From an uncultured Melioribacter sp. (GTDB lineage Bacteria; Bacteroidota; Ignavibacteria; Kapaibacteriales; Kapaibacteriaceae), in the NCBI GenBank assembly GCA_964393485.1, contig CAYMTW010000005.1, forward strand, positions 27 to 64,026: a stretch of DNA of 64,000 nucleotides, in the 5' to 3' direction. The notes below the pieces were generated by a model. That model worked only from the letters and a program-made list of their open reading frames with translations, made no database searches and was not told the origin of the DNA. A program made the translations under genes and the position numbers. Of the stretch, positions 19,305-28,732 are shown in pieces; the first letter of the stretch is position 1, and each line of letters starts with the position of its first letter.

Positions 19305-20117
19305 TTAGAGAGCAAACCTGACGTCCACACCAATCTGGAGGGCGTTTACCCGAATGTTGTCTGCATCACTGAGCTTAGTGATGCCAAAGTTATAGTAGGC
19401 ACATGGAACAACGAGGACGCGACCAACCGTGATCTCGTACTGCACACCAGCCTTAATGGCGAGACGCAGTGCCGAGTGCCCCGGGATGTCGTCTTCAGCA
19501 GTGATCGCGGTCCGACCGAAGTTCTCATACTTCGTACCAGGCTTCTCCTTGAAAACTGCATTGTCGGGCTTGATGAGATTCATCCGCTGAACGCGCTGAA
19601 CATCAGCAACAAATCCAACGGTAGGTCCGATCACAACACCGAAGTTCGAGTTGAACAGGTTGAGCTTGTAGATAAGCTCAATATCAAACGTTGAATACTT
19701 GATGTCGGCAGTGTGCTCAACCTCGGAAAACACGACGTTACCAGTTGACGTATCAGTTGACGGGAGAATATCACCGCCTTGGTTGAAGAACGCTGGGAAC
19801 GTGTTATACACCGCACGAGCGATGATCGAGGACTTGGACTCACGGGGCTTGCCAAGGAGGTACTCGAACGAGAGTCCAAGGTAGTAGCCGTTTTGCGTGC
19901 CGCCGGTGAATGTCGGACAAAGCACATCACCGGACACCGATTGGAAACTCGAGGAGTGCAGTGAGTTGTTGTACCCACCGACCGGTCCGACGTAAATCCG
20001 CGGCGCCCTGCGTGCAGGCTGAAGGGGCGTGGCACGAGCGCCAATTTCCTGCTGGGCTAGCAGTGAAGTCGCCGAAAGGAGGAACGCTGCAAGGACGGTG
20101 AAACCAAATTGCCTCAT
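19305..20117 (-). CDS. Outer-membrane beta-barrel protein (OMP_b-brl_2 / PorT-like size class)
   Basis: Signal peptide MRQFGFTVLAAFLLSATSLLAQQ and alternating-hydrophobic beta-strand pattern throughout. 270 aa, ending in an aromatic-containing terminal strand (GVDVRFAL). Starts 11 nt after the stop of giant protein B. Confidence 0.6.
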   Translation of the reverse strand: MRQFGFTVLAAFLLSATSLLAQQEIGARATPLQPARRAPRIYVGPVGGYNNSLHSSSFQSVSGDVLCPTFTGGTQNGYYLGLSFEYLLGKPRESKSSIIARAVYNTFPAFFNQGGDILPSTDTSTGNVVFSEVEHTADIKYSTFDIELIYKLNLFNSNFGVVIGPTVGFVADVQRVQRMNLIKPDNAVFKEKPGTKYENFGRTAITAEDDIPGHSALRLAIKAGVQYEITVGRVLVVPCAYYNFGITKLSDADNIRVNALQIGVDVRFAL

Positions 20118-20128
20118 ACTCGATGGCC

Positions 20129-23100
20129 CTAGTTGACGATGATGATGTTCGTGACCTCGACCCCATGTTCATGGCTGATGACCAGTCTGTAGAGACCCGA
20201 CGCCAGTTCAGAACACGAGAAATTACAATGTTGACTGCCCTTTTGCAAAGACAAATGTTCAGCGAGCGGAAATTGTTGACCTGAAAGCGACTCTGCCCAC
20301 ACGCGAGCATGAGACGCTTGCGTCGTTGTTATCCTGACTGACACAATATCGTCAAACGGCTGCCCCAAGGGATCAACAAGCATACCCGGCCGGCTGCCGA
20401 TGTCCACCATTCGCAAGCGGGAACCACACGGATCGACACGGAACTCCAGCGGCGTGGATAGACTCTGCCGGTAGCAGGGTGTTCCCTCAAGGACTGCGAA
20501 GCAACGACGAAGCTCAGGATCAACCCAAATCATCGTGCCGCGCAGGCTGCACGAAACAGCCCATGAGCCAGCTATAGGGCTCTTCAATCGGACACGTATT
20601 GACACCTCATCCTGTACGATGTCCGCCGAGGCAATGCGCAGCGTGTCATTTCTACCAGCGGTTATGACGGCCGAGTCCGAGTCGCCAAGCAGAAACCGAC
20701 TTCGGTCAATCATTAGACGCAGCACGGGCCGCTGCTCAACGGTCTGGTGATCGAGGAGTCGGGCCGCCATGGTGATCGTAGCTGGACCCGCTGCAATAAG
20801 GGGCGAGCCCGGAATGTCAACGGTCATCAATGTGGATGCCGGCTCGACCTCAATGATAGCCGAGTCTTCATAGACGGTCCCCGCCGAGTCAACCAACCGA
20901 AGCACAACAACGTGGCTGGTCACAGTGTCATACTCCGCGTTCACGCGCACGGACCACAACTGTCCGGGCTCGATGATCAAAGGTCCGGTGCCTGTCAGGA
21001 GGGAGGTCCGACGACTATTCGCGCCAGCCGACGACTGCAACAGTAGAACACTGTCAAGCCGGGCTCTTGCCTTTCCTGTGTTCGCGATCTCCATCAGTAT
21101 GGGCTCGGTGACGCACGAACGCACGCGGAGAGCCGCGCTCACTCGAGGGACCGGACGTGCCACGGGTATTGGTACGCCGACGCCGAGCAACCGGAACTGG
21201 GAAATCGCACGCTGGCCTTCCATGGCTGCATTCGTTTCGATTTCTATCGTACAGATATGCTGTCCAAGTCTTGACGGCATGAATGACACCATATCCCTCA
21301 GCGTGGACTTCTTGGTAAGGATGCCGGGTGCAAGGTTCCTAAGGGTTACCGGTATGACAAAGGCGGCCGAGTCCGGTCCGATGATGGCCACCCTGGTGAC
21401 CCTAAGATCCGTGTTTCCACCGCCAAAACCGGTAGCCGCTAACTCAGCAAGACTGTCGCGTGACGTTCCGATAACAACTGAATCAAAATCGATGTCCTTG
21501 ACCGAAATGTCCGGCATGACGCCGACACCACGAAACTCGACACTCACTGGAGCGTGCGACTTCCAGTCAACCTCGACCGGAAGAATGTAATTCATTGTAT
21601 CGCGCGTCGCAGGACGGAACGAAGCCCTGATCTCGATCGAGTCTCCGGCGCCGAGACGAGCCCCCTTTACCAGAGCGTTCGAGGTGACGGTGAGTCCCCC
21701 TGGAGTAGTTGAAAGATCTGCCCGAACAACGCACCAGCCGTCGCCGGAATTGGCAAGTCGAACGATCGTGTCGTTCGTACTGCCTACAAAACGCTCCTTC
21801 CAGTCAACGATCAGCGGAGTAACAGTTGGGCTGACTCCGCGCGCTCGGCACACGAGTACTGCTCCCGTATTGACATTCCCCACAACGGAATCTGTGCGTT
21901 CGGCCGGACCGCGCTGGCGGGCCACATAGCACACGCTCACCCAGAGGGTATCACCAGCTGGAATTGATCGGGGTAATCCAAGCGAGGCGGTATCAAGGAC
22001 AAAATTAGTATCAAGTTTTGAAGTGATCAGCTGCTGGGCGTCAACTTGACGGTCCCCATCGTTGATGATGGCAACCCGACCACATGCCGTGTCCCCAATG
22101 CGGACGTCTCCGAGATCAAGAGTGTCACCCGCAAGGCTAAGCCCCCGCCGCGATCTCACATAAAACGTCTTGGTTTCTCCACACTTCATCCTGAGAGTGA
22201 TCGCGGCAACCATCGCCGCGGTGTCTGCCCACTGGGTTGCACAGATAGTGACGAGAGCCGAATCTCGTGGACGTATAACGAAGCCCCCGGTCGGTTTGGT
22301 CACAACGATTCTCTGATTCCCCTGGCGGTCAATTCCCTGGATCGACACCGGGGTTGAATCACGATTTCGGATCACCACTGTCGTGCAGCGCTCGATCCCA
22401 CGGTCCGTCTGAATCACAACATCACGTTGCACCTCGATGTCTGGAGCATCGTATCGATACAGCCACTCTCTGCCGTTGCCACGGTCATCATAGGCATGGA
22501 TGACGATCTGGGCGTCTTTCGATCGATCTCGCACAGCGGCATCAAAGGTCACCGAGCCTGCAGGATCGATTGGCTTGGAAATAGTCCATGAATAATTGAA
22601 CGTCGAACCAGTGATCACTTCAACATCCGAGAGCCGAGCCGTGTCGCTTGATACATCCACGATCCGCCCCTTGACGGTACCGCAGTCCTGCGTTAGTTCA
22701 TAGATAGGGGGCGAGGAGTCTCGCCTGCGTATGGGATCGAAGGCCAAACCAACAAGATTGGCATAGGAATCGGCTTCTGAGGTCCCATACATCACGGCAC
22801 TAAAAGACCCTGAATCACAGCGCATCAGATAAGCCCCCTCCTGCATCAGGATTTGCGCCCAGTGCAGGGTAGTGCCCGGCACCACCTGAATATTCAAGAG
22901 GGGTGCCATCGCCGCGGCCCGTCGTGAGCCGATCATCAGCGATGGCAAGGCCTCCGGGGTGGCGATCACGTTGAGGTAATATCGCAGCGTCTGTGGTGGC
23001 GTTGTCCGAATAGGTTCTAGCGTTGGGAATCGGAACAGGGCCTCATTGACAAACTGCTCTACCGGAGGGGTGATGACCATCGCCGGATCACAGACACCAC

Positions 23101-24136
23101 GACTTGTCGTTCGACTCGCCATGTGTTGCACCATGAAGAACGGCTCTGACGACGTCCAGGAAGCAGCCTCAGCAATACTCGTATCGATGTAACTCCCAAT
23201 CGATGGCATTGTCCACGTCCGCGACCGCGTGCGCGTCGTCATCGTGATCTGCTGATTTGGCCGAGAGGCCATAAATCGATACACATCAGCACTCTCGGTC
23301 GAAAGGAACGGGGCTGTCGCAAAGGTCTTTCCCCACTTCGTCACTGGCGGCAACTGTTCGACCAGGTGGTCTTTCGAAAGGTCCCGGCTTGTGGGTACGC
23401 TCGTGCGCATATGCCCGGAGATCACCGCCACCGGCTTTGACGAGGAGATCGATGAACCCGTGAGATCGTCATTTCCGATAGTGGTCGTCGTTGCCTGCAC
23501 CAAGTAGCATTCACCCCGGTTCAACACAAACCTGAACGGAACATTTGCAGGTCGGCCCTGAAAGGTGGTAGCGGCTGGAATGACTTCCACATTCGTTCCA
23601 TCCTCAACGGCCATGATCATAAACTCTCCGCTCCTGAGCTTTGCGCTCGTGGGATTGGCGGTAGCCGCGTATCGATCAGACGGCCTGTTGATGCTGTAGT
23701 ATTGCGTGCCAAGATGACGGATGGGAATCGCGCAGTAACTATCGGTAGAGCGCAGTAGGGTGTTGAGCGCATAGACGACGATCGGCACATCAGATGTGAT
23801 GAAGACTGCCTTCTGCATCGGATACTCCGAGGCCGAATTCATGTTATAGACGTGCATTGTCTCTACATGGACCGAATAGGCAGGAACATTCACCACCTTC
23901 ACGCCCCCAAACATGGACTCTATCGTCACGGTAGCATCGTTCTGCGACGAAATGAAGATCTGAAGTCGGGGATCAACGCCGACCTCTAGTAACTCATTCT
24001 GCATGAAGCCGACTACAAACGATGTGCCCTCAAGGGACGAAGATCCTCGTCGGGGAAGCACACGCTCGACCTGGGCTGCCAGCTGCAGTCCGAAAAACAG
24101 GATCAGGGTCGTGACGATGAGGGGGCGTTGCTTCAC
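20129..24136 (-). CDS. Giant secreted protein B (1335 aa): IgGFc-binding-like N-terminal domain, Ig-like repeats, T9SS C-terminal domain
   Basis: Signal peptide MKQRPLIVTTLILFFGLQLAAQ. The N-terminus is collinear with protein A (FISSQ/LISSR, GECYLVQ/GECFLIK, SSSKPVAVISGH/KSSKPVGVVSGH). Repeats of the LGDVRIGDTACGRVAIINDG type. The tail is GLYRLVISHEHGVEVTNIIIVN. Confidence 0.8.
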   Translation of the reverse strand: MKQRPLIVTTLILFFGLQLAAQVERVLPRRGSSSLEGTSFVVGFMQNELLEVGVDPRLQIFISSQNDATVTIESMFGGVKVVNVPAYSVHVETMHVYNMNSASEYPMQKAVFITSDVPIVVYALNTLLRSTDSYCAIPIRHLGTQYYSINRPSDRYAATANPTSAKLRSGEFMIMAVEDGTNVEVIPAATTFQGRPANVPFRFVLNRGECYLVQATTTTIGNDDLTGSSISSSKPVAVISGHMRTSVPTSRDLSKDHLVEQLPPVTKWGKTFATAPFLSTESADVYRFMASRPNQQITMTTRTRSRTWTMPSIGSYIDTSIAEAASWTSSEPFFMVQHMASRTTSRGVCDPAMVITPPVEQFVNEALFRFPTLEPIRTTPPQTLRYYLNVIATPEALPSLMIGSRRAAAMAPLLNIQVVPGTTLHWAQILMQEGAYLMRCDSGSFSAVMYGTSEADSYANLVGLAFDPIRRRDSSPPIYELTQDCGTVKGRIVDVSSDTARLSDVEVITGSTFNYSWTISKPIDPAGSVTFDAAVRDRSKDAQIVIHAYDDRGNGREWLYRYDAPDIEVQRDVVIQTDRGIERCTTVVIRNRDSTPVSIQGIDRQGNQRIVVTKPTGGFVIRPRDSALVTICATQWADTAAMVAAITLRMKCGETKTFYVRSRRGLSLAGDTLDLGDVRIGDTACGRVAIINDGDRQVDAQQLITSKLDTNFVLDTASLGLPRSIPAGDTLWVSVCYVARQRGPAERTDSVVGNVNTGAVLVCRARGVSPTVTPLIVDWKERFVGSTNDTIVRLANSGDGWCVVRADLSTTPGGLTVTSNALVKGARLGAGDSIEIRASFRPATRDTMNYILPVEVDWKSHAPVSVEFRGVGVMPDISVKDIDFDSVVIGTSRDSLAELAATGFGGGNTDLRVTRVAIIGPDSAAFVIPVTLRNLAPGILTKKSTLRDMVSFMPSRLGQHICTIEIETNAAMEGQRAISQFRLLGVGVPIPVARPVPRVSAALRVRSCVTEPILMEIANTGKARARLDSVLLLQSSAGANSRRTSLLTGTGPLIIEPGQLWSVRVNAEYDTVTSHVVVLRLVDSAGTVYEDSAIIEVEPASTLMTVDIPGSPLIAAGPATITMAARLLDHQTVEQRPVLRLMIDRSRFLLGDSDSAVITAGRNDTLRIASADIVQDEVSIRVRLKSPIAGSWAVSCSLRGTMIWVDPELRRCFAVLEGTPCYRQSLSTPLEFRVDPCGSRLRMVDIGSRPGMLVDPLGQPFDDIVSVRITTTQASHARVWAESLSGQQFPLAEHLSLQKGSQHCNFSCSELASGLYRLVISHEHGVEVTNIIIVN

Positions 24137-24165
24137 ATCGCGTCGATGTTACGGCAAATCGACGT

Positions 24166-25452
24166 CTAGCGCAACAAGGAACGACGATGCGGCACCGGAA
24201 GGTATCGGGGACGGTCCTGCGGAACAACCATGCCCGGGATCTGAAACTCACCTTCACGATCCCGCACCAGGCGCTCTGGATGATTCTCCCCGCTGACACC
24301 GCCAAGCCAGTAGACGTCCGTCACAGCATCTCTGACAATGCGTGCATCGATGGTGTCCGCGGCGACCTTGGCCAGCCCCTTTCGCTGACCTGATTCCTGT
24401 CGGTATGTGATACTCACGGACTGTCCAATGGCGCGCAGCGTCCGCGACGAGTCGGCTTCGAAGGACATGATGATCTTATCGCCCCCTATCTGGTCAAACC
24501 TGACAGGAAGCAACGAATCAGAGCGGGAAAGAAGGATTGCATTGCCACTGCCCACAACCCTGCGAAGGTGCCGATCCGAGGATTCGGCTTCGATGTTTGT
24601 TGCCTGAAGGATCGACGAATCGGACCAGACCACCGGCGACAGCTCGAGAAGGATCCTGCCGCTTTGATCATCGTATCTGAGTTTACCGGAGCGTGAGGCC
24701 GTCGATCCTCGCACCATGAGTACAGTACCCAGTGCGGTCATACCAGACGAGTCGGTTTCGCTCTGAGAGGCAGTCAGCAGCGTGTCCGCGCTGATAAAGG
24801 TCGTATCGGCAGACCCCGGCGTGTCCTGTGACCATGACCATGCACGCGCCTGGCCGACCAACTCCATGATGCCAGCAGCTGCGTCACGGCGTGCCCTCAT
24901 TCCGCTGAACCAAGATCCCTGGACGGTGTCATGGATGTGAACGTTACCCCGCGCGAGCATGGTGTCGCGCTGACGGTCGTAATCTAGGGAGTCGCACCAA
25001 AGTCGGATGGTATCGTCAATGGCGTGGACCTCGCGCAGGAAACGAGCTCGTTTGGACCGCATATCGTAACTGCCAATCTGGCTGACGATGACGGTCTTGG
25101 CCTGCTGGAGGCGGATACCACGCACGGCATGCGCCGTCGAGGTTGCTCCGTCATAGTTGATCTCAGGAGCTGAGATCGTAAGATCAGCCTGACGTATCAC
25201 TACCGATCCGCGAAGTTCTACCGTGTTGCGCAGTACATCCTGAACAACTTTTTCGCACCGCCCTGTCACGTTTCCTTGTCGAAAACGCACATTGCCAATA
25301 AACGTTCTCAGCGACGACTCAACGGAGCCAGAACCAAGAAGACTGTCGGCATGCTCCAGGACGATCGGGATCTCGGGCCCGACGCCCTGTTGCGCTGAGG
25401 CTCGGAGCACAAAGCCTAAGACAAGGGTAACGCTAAAGATGAATCGTATCAT
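24166..25452 (-). CDS. OstA/LptA-like (OstA_N repeat) periplasmic protein
   Basis: Signal peptide MIRFIFSVTLVLGFVLRASAQQ from ATG 25452; the track ORF extends to 25872 through an implausible S/R-rich stretch antisense to hflX. Repeated OstA-like beta-jellyroll segments (GNVRFRQGNV..., ARGNVHIHD...). Ends 29 nt before giant B. Confidence 0.6.
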   Translation of the reverse strand: MIRFIFSVTLVLGFVLRASAQQGVGPEIPIVLEHADSLLGSGSVESSLRTFIGNVRFRQGNVTGRCEKVVQDVLRNTVELRGSVVIRQADLTISAPEINYDGATSTAHAVRGIRLQQAKTVIVSQIGSYDMRSKRARFLREVHAIDDTIRLWCDSLDYDRQRDTMLARGNVHIHDTVQGSWFSGMRARRDAAAGIMELVGQARAWSWSQDTPGSADTTFISADTLLTASQSETDSSGMTALGTVLMVRGSTASRSGKLRYDDQSGRILLELSPVVWSDSSILQATNIEAESSDRHLRRVVGSGNAILLSRSDSLLPVRFDQIGGDKIIMSFEADSSRTLRAIGQSVSITYRQESGQRKGLAKVAADTIDARIVRDAVTDVYWLGGVSGENHPERLVRDREGEFQIPGMVVPQDRPRYLPVPHRRSLLR

Positions 25453-25480
25453 ACCACCCAAAACTACGCCGCATGGCAAC

Positions 25481-26833
25481 ATGCAGGCTGCGAGCCGTAG
25501 TTTTGCGCCACAATTCTCACACCGAGGTACTGTGCACGACGTAGGACTACTCCCCAGAGAGCGCGCTGTGATTGCCGCCGTCATCCGCAAGGGGGCGGAT
25601 CCGGCCATCGTTGAGGAGCACCTTGACGAGCTTGAGATGCTGCTCGACACCGCCGGTGCCGATGCCTTGCAGCGTCTTACCCAGGAGCGCGAGCGTCCGG
25701 ACATCTCGACAGCGCTCGGCAAAGGCAAGGTCGAAGAGCTGAAGGAACTCGTTGACAGCTCAAATGCCACCTCAGTGGTCTTTGATGACGAACTCTCTCC
25801 AGCCCAGGTCCGCAACCTTGAAGAGGCCCTGAAGGTCAAGGTTCTGGATCGCAGCGGCGTGATCCTGGACATCTTCGCTGCTCACGCCAGGACGGTTGAA
25901 GCCAGAACACAGGTCGAACTGGCCCAGCTGGAATATCTGCTGCCACGTCTCACCCGAATGTGGACGCACCTTTCGAAGCAGTTTGGCGGAATCGGCACCA
26001 AAGGTCCCGGAGAGACGCAGATTGAAACCGACCGACGCATGTACAGAACCCGTATGCAGCGGCTTCGTGAAAAGCTCCGTGAGATCGATGTCCAGCGTGT
26101 GGTGCAGCGGAAAGGCCGAGAAGGCCTCCCCCGCTTTGCCCTGGTCGGTTATACCAATGCCGGCAAATCGTCACTAATGCGTGTGCTGACAAAGGCGGAC
26201 GTCTACGTGAAGGACCAGCTTTTTGCTACGCTCGATACAACCGTTCGCGGCCTGGCGCTACCTTCGGGTCAAAAGGCCTTGATCTCTGATACGGTTGGAT
26301 TCATCCGCAAGCTGCCCGCGCAGCTTGTGGCATCATTCCGATCAACTCTGAATGAGACGCTCGAAGCGGACATCCTGCTCCACGTGGTAGATATCAGCAA
26401 TCCACATTATCGCGAGCACATGGCTGTAGTCGAGCAGACGCTCAATGATCTGGGAGCCAGCGACACACCGGTGATCGTGGTGTTCAATAAAATCGACGTC
26501 CTTAGCGACTCGGCAACGATGGATGATGCTGAAGCAGAAAGTCCGGGTTGTGTTTTCGTTAGCGCCCAACGCGGCGTCAACATCGAGAGGCTTCTACACG
26601 TGATGCAGACAACCTACGAGGAGTCTGCCATTCTGCGTCTCTTGCGCATTCCATATGAGGAGATGAATATCGTGGCCCGACTCTATTCGGAGGTAGAGGT
26701 TCTGCAACGAAGCGATGAAGATTCTGCAGTATTATTGTCCGTGCGTGTTCCAGCCGACCAGCTCGCCCCGTTCATGGCGCGCTACCGCAGGTACGTGACC
26801 ACCGAAGCTCCTTTACCCTCCACCCTTAGTTGA
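25481..26833 (+). CDS. hflX: GTPase HflX
   Basis: HflX N-domain (ERAVIAAV...LDELEMLLDTAGA), GPGETQIETDRR, and G1 motif GYTNAGKSSLM. Start is ATG 25481, or GTG 25532 preceded by GAGG; the track start 25292 is over-extended. Confidence 0.85.
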   Translation: MQAASRSFAPQFSHRGTVHDVGLLPRERAVIAAVIRKGADPAIVEEHLDELEMLLDTAGADALQRLTQERERPDISTALGKGKVEELKELVDSSNATSVVFDDELSPAQVRNLEEALKVKVLDRSGVILDIFAAHARTVEARTQVELAQLEYLLPRLTRMWTHLSKQFGGIGTKGPGETQIETDRRMYRTRMQRLREKLREIDVQRVVQRKGREGLPRFALVGYTNAGKSSLMRVLTKADVYVKDQLFATLDTTVRGLALPSGQKALISDTVGFIRKLPAQLVASFRSTLNETLEADILLHVVDISNPHYREHMAVVEQTLNDLGASDTPVIVVFNKIDVLSDSATMDDAEAESPGCVFVSAQRGVNIERLLHVMQTTYEESAILRLLRIPYEEMNIVARLYSEVEVLQRSDEDSAVLLSVRVPADQLAPFMARYRRYVTTEAPLPSTLS

Positions 26834-26843
26834 GTCCTCTATT

Positions 26844-27008
26844 ATGGCAGCCCTTTGGATTCTGGCACTGATCGTCATCACCTACGTAGTGACCATCGTT
26901 GTGATCTACGTTGGCCAGGAGGTTCATGCTCTTGCGGCAGCAGTGCTGCTTTTACTGTGCGGATATGGTGCCTTCAAGCTCTTCCAGGCGCGCCTTACGC
27001 GACTGTGA
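26844..27008 (+). CDS. Small (54 aa) predicted two-TM membrane protein, not in the ORF track
   Basis: ATG 26844 lies 10 nt after the hflX stop. Translation: MAALWILALIVITYVVTIVVIYVGQEVHALAAAVLLLLCGYGAFKLFQARLTRL, stop TGA 27006-27008. It fills the hflX-recN gap exactly. Confidence 0.45.
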   Translation: MAALWILALIVITYVVTIVVIYVGQEVHALAAAVLLLLCGYGAFKLFQARLTRL

Positions 27009-27033
27009 TCATTCATCAGCGACCAGTTTTTAC

Positions 27034-28725
27034 GTGCTTCGACGACTGACCATCAAGAGCTTCGCGCTTATTGACTCCATCGACCTCGAGTTTCATCCGG
27101 GCATGACGACTCTGCTGGGTGAGACGGGCGCCGGCAAGTCGATCATTATCGACGCTCTATCGGCGGCGATGGGTGAACGTGTGTCGTCGGACCTTGTTCG
27201 CAAAGGGGCTCGCAAGTGTGTCGTCGAAGCAACGTTTGATGTCAGGCCCGACTCATCCGTTTCGGATTTCATTCGAACGAATGAACTTGACTGGCAATCG
27301 GATGAGCTCGTGCTCCGCAGAGAAATTCCCGCCAATGGGGCCTCACGGTGCTTTGTCAATGACACCCCTGCACAGGTAGCCGTGGTGCGACAACTTTCTT
27401 CTCTGCTCATTGATGTCCACGGGCAACATGACACGCACGGCCTGATGTCGGTATCGAACCACCTTGACGCCTTTGACGCCTATGCGTTGGAATCGAATGA
27501 TATCCGCTCGCTCATGACCATGCGCTGGGCTGAAGTCAGCCAGGCTCGCAAACGACGTGACGACCTCATGCTGCGCTCACTCGATGCCGATGCCGACCGG
27601 GCACGACTTCAGTTCATTCACGACGAAATCGCTGGTGTTGGTCCACAACCCGATGAAGATGAGCGCATCAGTGCTGACCTCCGCCGAATCGAGGCCGGAG
27701 AACACGTCGTCGGCCTTGCAACGTCAATTCAGCAGAATCTTTACTCTGGCGATGTTTCAGCCTACGATCAGCTTCGTCAGGCTCTCGAGGCCATTCGGGA
27801 ACTTGTCCGGTATGACCCGACCATGGACGGCGTTGCCGCTGAGCTCGAATCAGCGCTCATCATCTGTAAAGAGGCGGCCGCAAGTGTGGGTGCACTTGCC
27901 GATGCCGACGACCGTGACCCTCAGCGACTCGAAGACCTGCGTCAACGTCAGGCAGCACTGCAACGTCTTGCACGCAAATACGGTTCACTCGACTTGGCTA
28001 TCGCAAAACTTCAGGTGGTTGCCAGCGAGCTCCATGAGGTGGAGAACCTCGATGAAGTTCTGCGTGAGGCCGATCTATTCGCCCAGAATGCCGAGCAACT
28101 GGCTCGTAGTCACGCCGAATCGATCAGTTCGCAGCGTCATGCCGCTGCGCCAGCCTTTGCAGACCATGTAGTCGGAAGCCTTCGCGAGATGGGCATGCCC
28201 TCTGCGCAGTTTGACGTTGCCGTTCAGCCTTCTGAACTTGGCCCGACGGGTTGCGATCACGTCGAGTTCCTCTTTGCAGCCAACACCGGGGAACCACTCC
28301 GCCCCCTTGCACGCATTGCTTCGGGAGGAGAGCTCTCGCGAGTGATGCTTGCCCTGAAGCGCGCTCTGCTGCAGCGGATACCAACGGGGACAGTCGTACT
28401 TGATGAGATTGATACAGGTATCAGCGGACGTGTTGCCCGCACCGTGGGTCAGGTTATGCAACAGATCAGTACCAGCCAGCAGGTGATCTGCATCACACAC
28501 CTGGCTCAGATCGCCTCGCTGTCTGATCACTTCATCCGCGTGACAAAGTCTGCCGAGAACGGCACCACGACTGTGACAGCTTGCACCATAGAGGCCGAAC
28601 AGGCCCAGATTGATGTTGCCCAGCTCATCAGCGGAACCGATGTTACCGATGCGGCCCTGGTGGGTGCTCAGGAGCTCATGCAGCGACCAGTTGAGTCCAC
28701 CCGTCGTTCCAGGAAGGGGGTCTAA
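27034..28725 (+). CDS. recN: DNA repair protein RecN
   Basis: GTG 27034 gives the canonical N-terminus LRRLTIKSFALIDSIDLEF...GETGAGKSIIIDAL. Coiled-coil middle region and C-terminal SGGELSRVMLAL...LDEIDTGISG. The track start 26911 is over-extended. Confidence 0.9.
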   Translation: MLRRLTIKSFALIDSIDLEFHPGMTTLLGETGAGKSIIIDALSAAMGERVSSDLVRKGARKCVVEATFDVRPDSSVSDFIRTNELDWQSDELVLRREIPANGASRCFVNDTPAQVAVVRQLSSLLIDVHGQHDTHGLMSVSNHLDAFDAYALESNDIRSLMTMRWAEVSQARKRRDDLMLRSLDADADRARLQFIHDEIAGVGPQPDEDERISADLRRIEAGEHVVGLATSIQQNLYSGDVSAYDQLRQALEAIRELVRYDPTMDGVAAELESALIICKEAAASVGALADADDRDPQRLEDLRQRQAALQRLARKYGSLDLAIAKLQVVASELHEVENLDEVLREADLFAQNAEQLARSHAESISSQRHAAAPAFADHVVGSLREMGMPSAQFDVAVQPSELGPTGCDHVEFLFAANTGEPLRPLARIASGGELSRVMLALKRALLQRIPTGTVVLDEIDTGISGRVARTVGQVMQQISTSQQVICITHLAQIASLSDHFIRVTKSAENGTTTVTACTIEAEQAQIDVAQLISGTDVTDAALVGAQELMQRPVESTRRSRKGV

Positions 28726-28732
28726 CGGACCT

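Noticed and set aside
25439-25534. Head-to-head start region of the OstA-like gene and hflX, including a CATG that could serve as a start on both strands (25480-25483)
   Set aside because: This is most simply a start-codon annotation ambiguity. The signal-peptide-optimal start for the OstA-like gene is 25452. hflX may start at ATG 25481 or at GTG 25532 (GAGG upstream). There is no evidence of a functional overlap.
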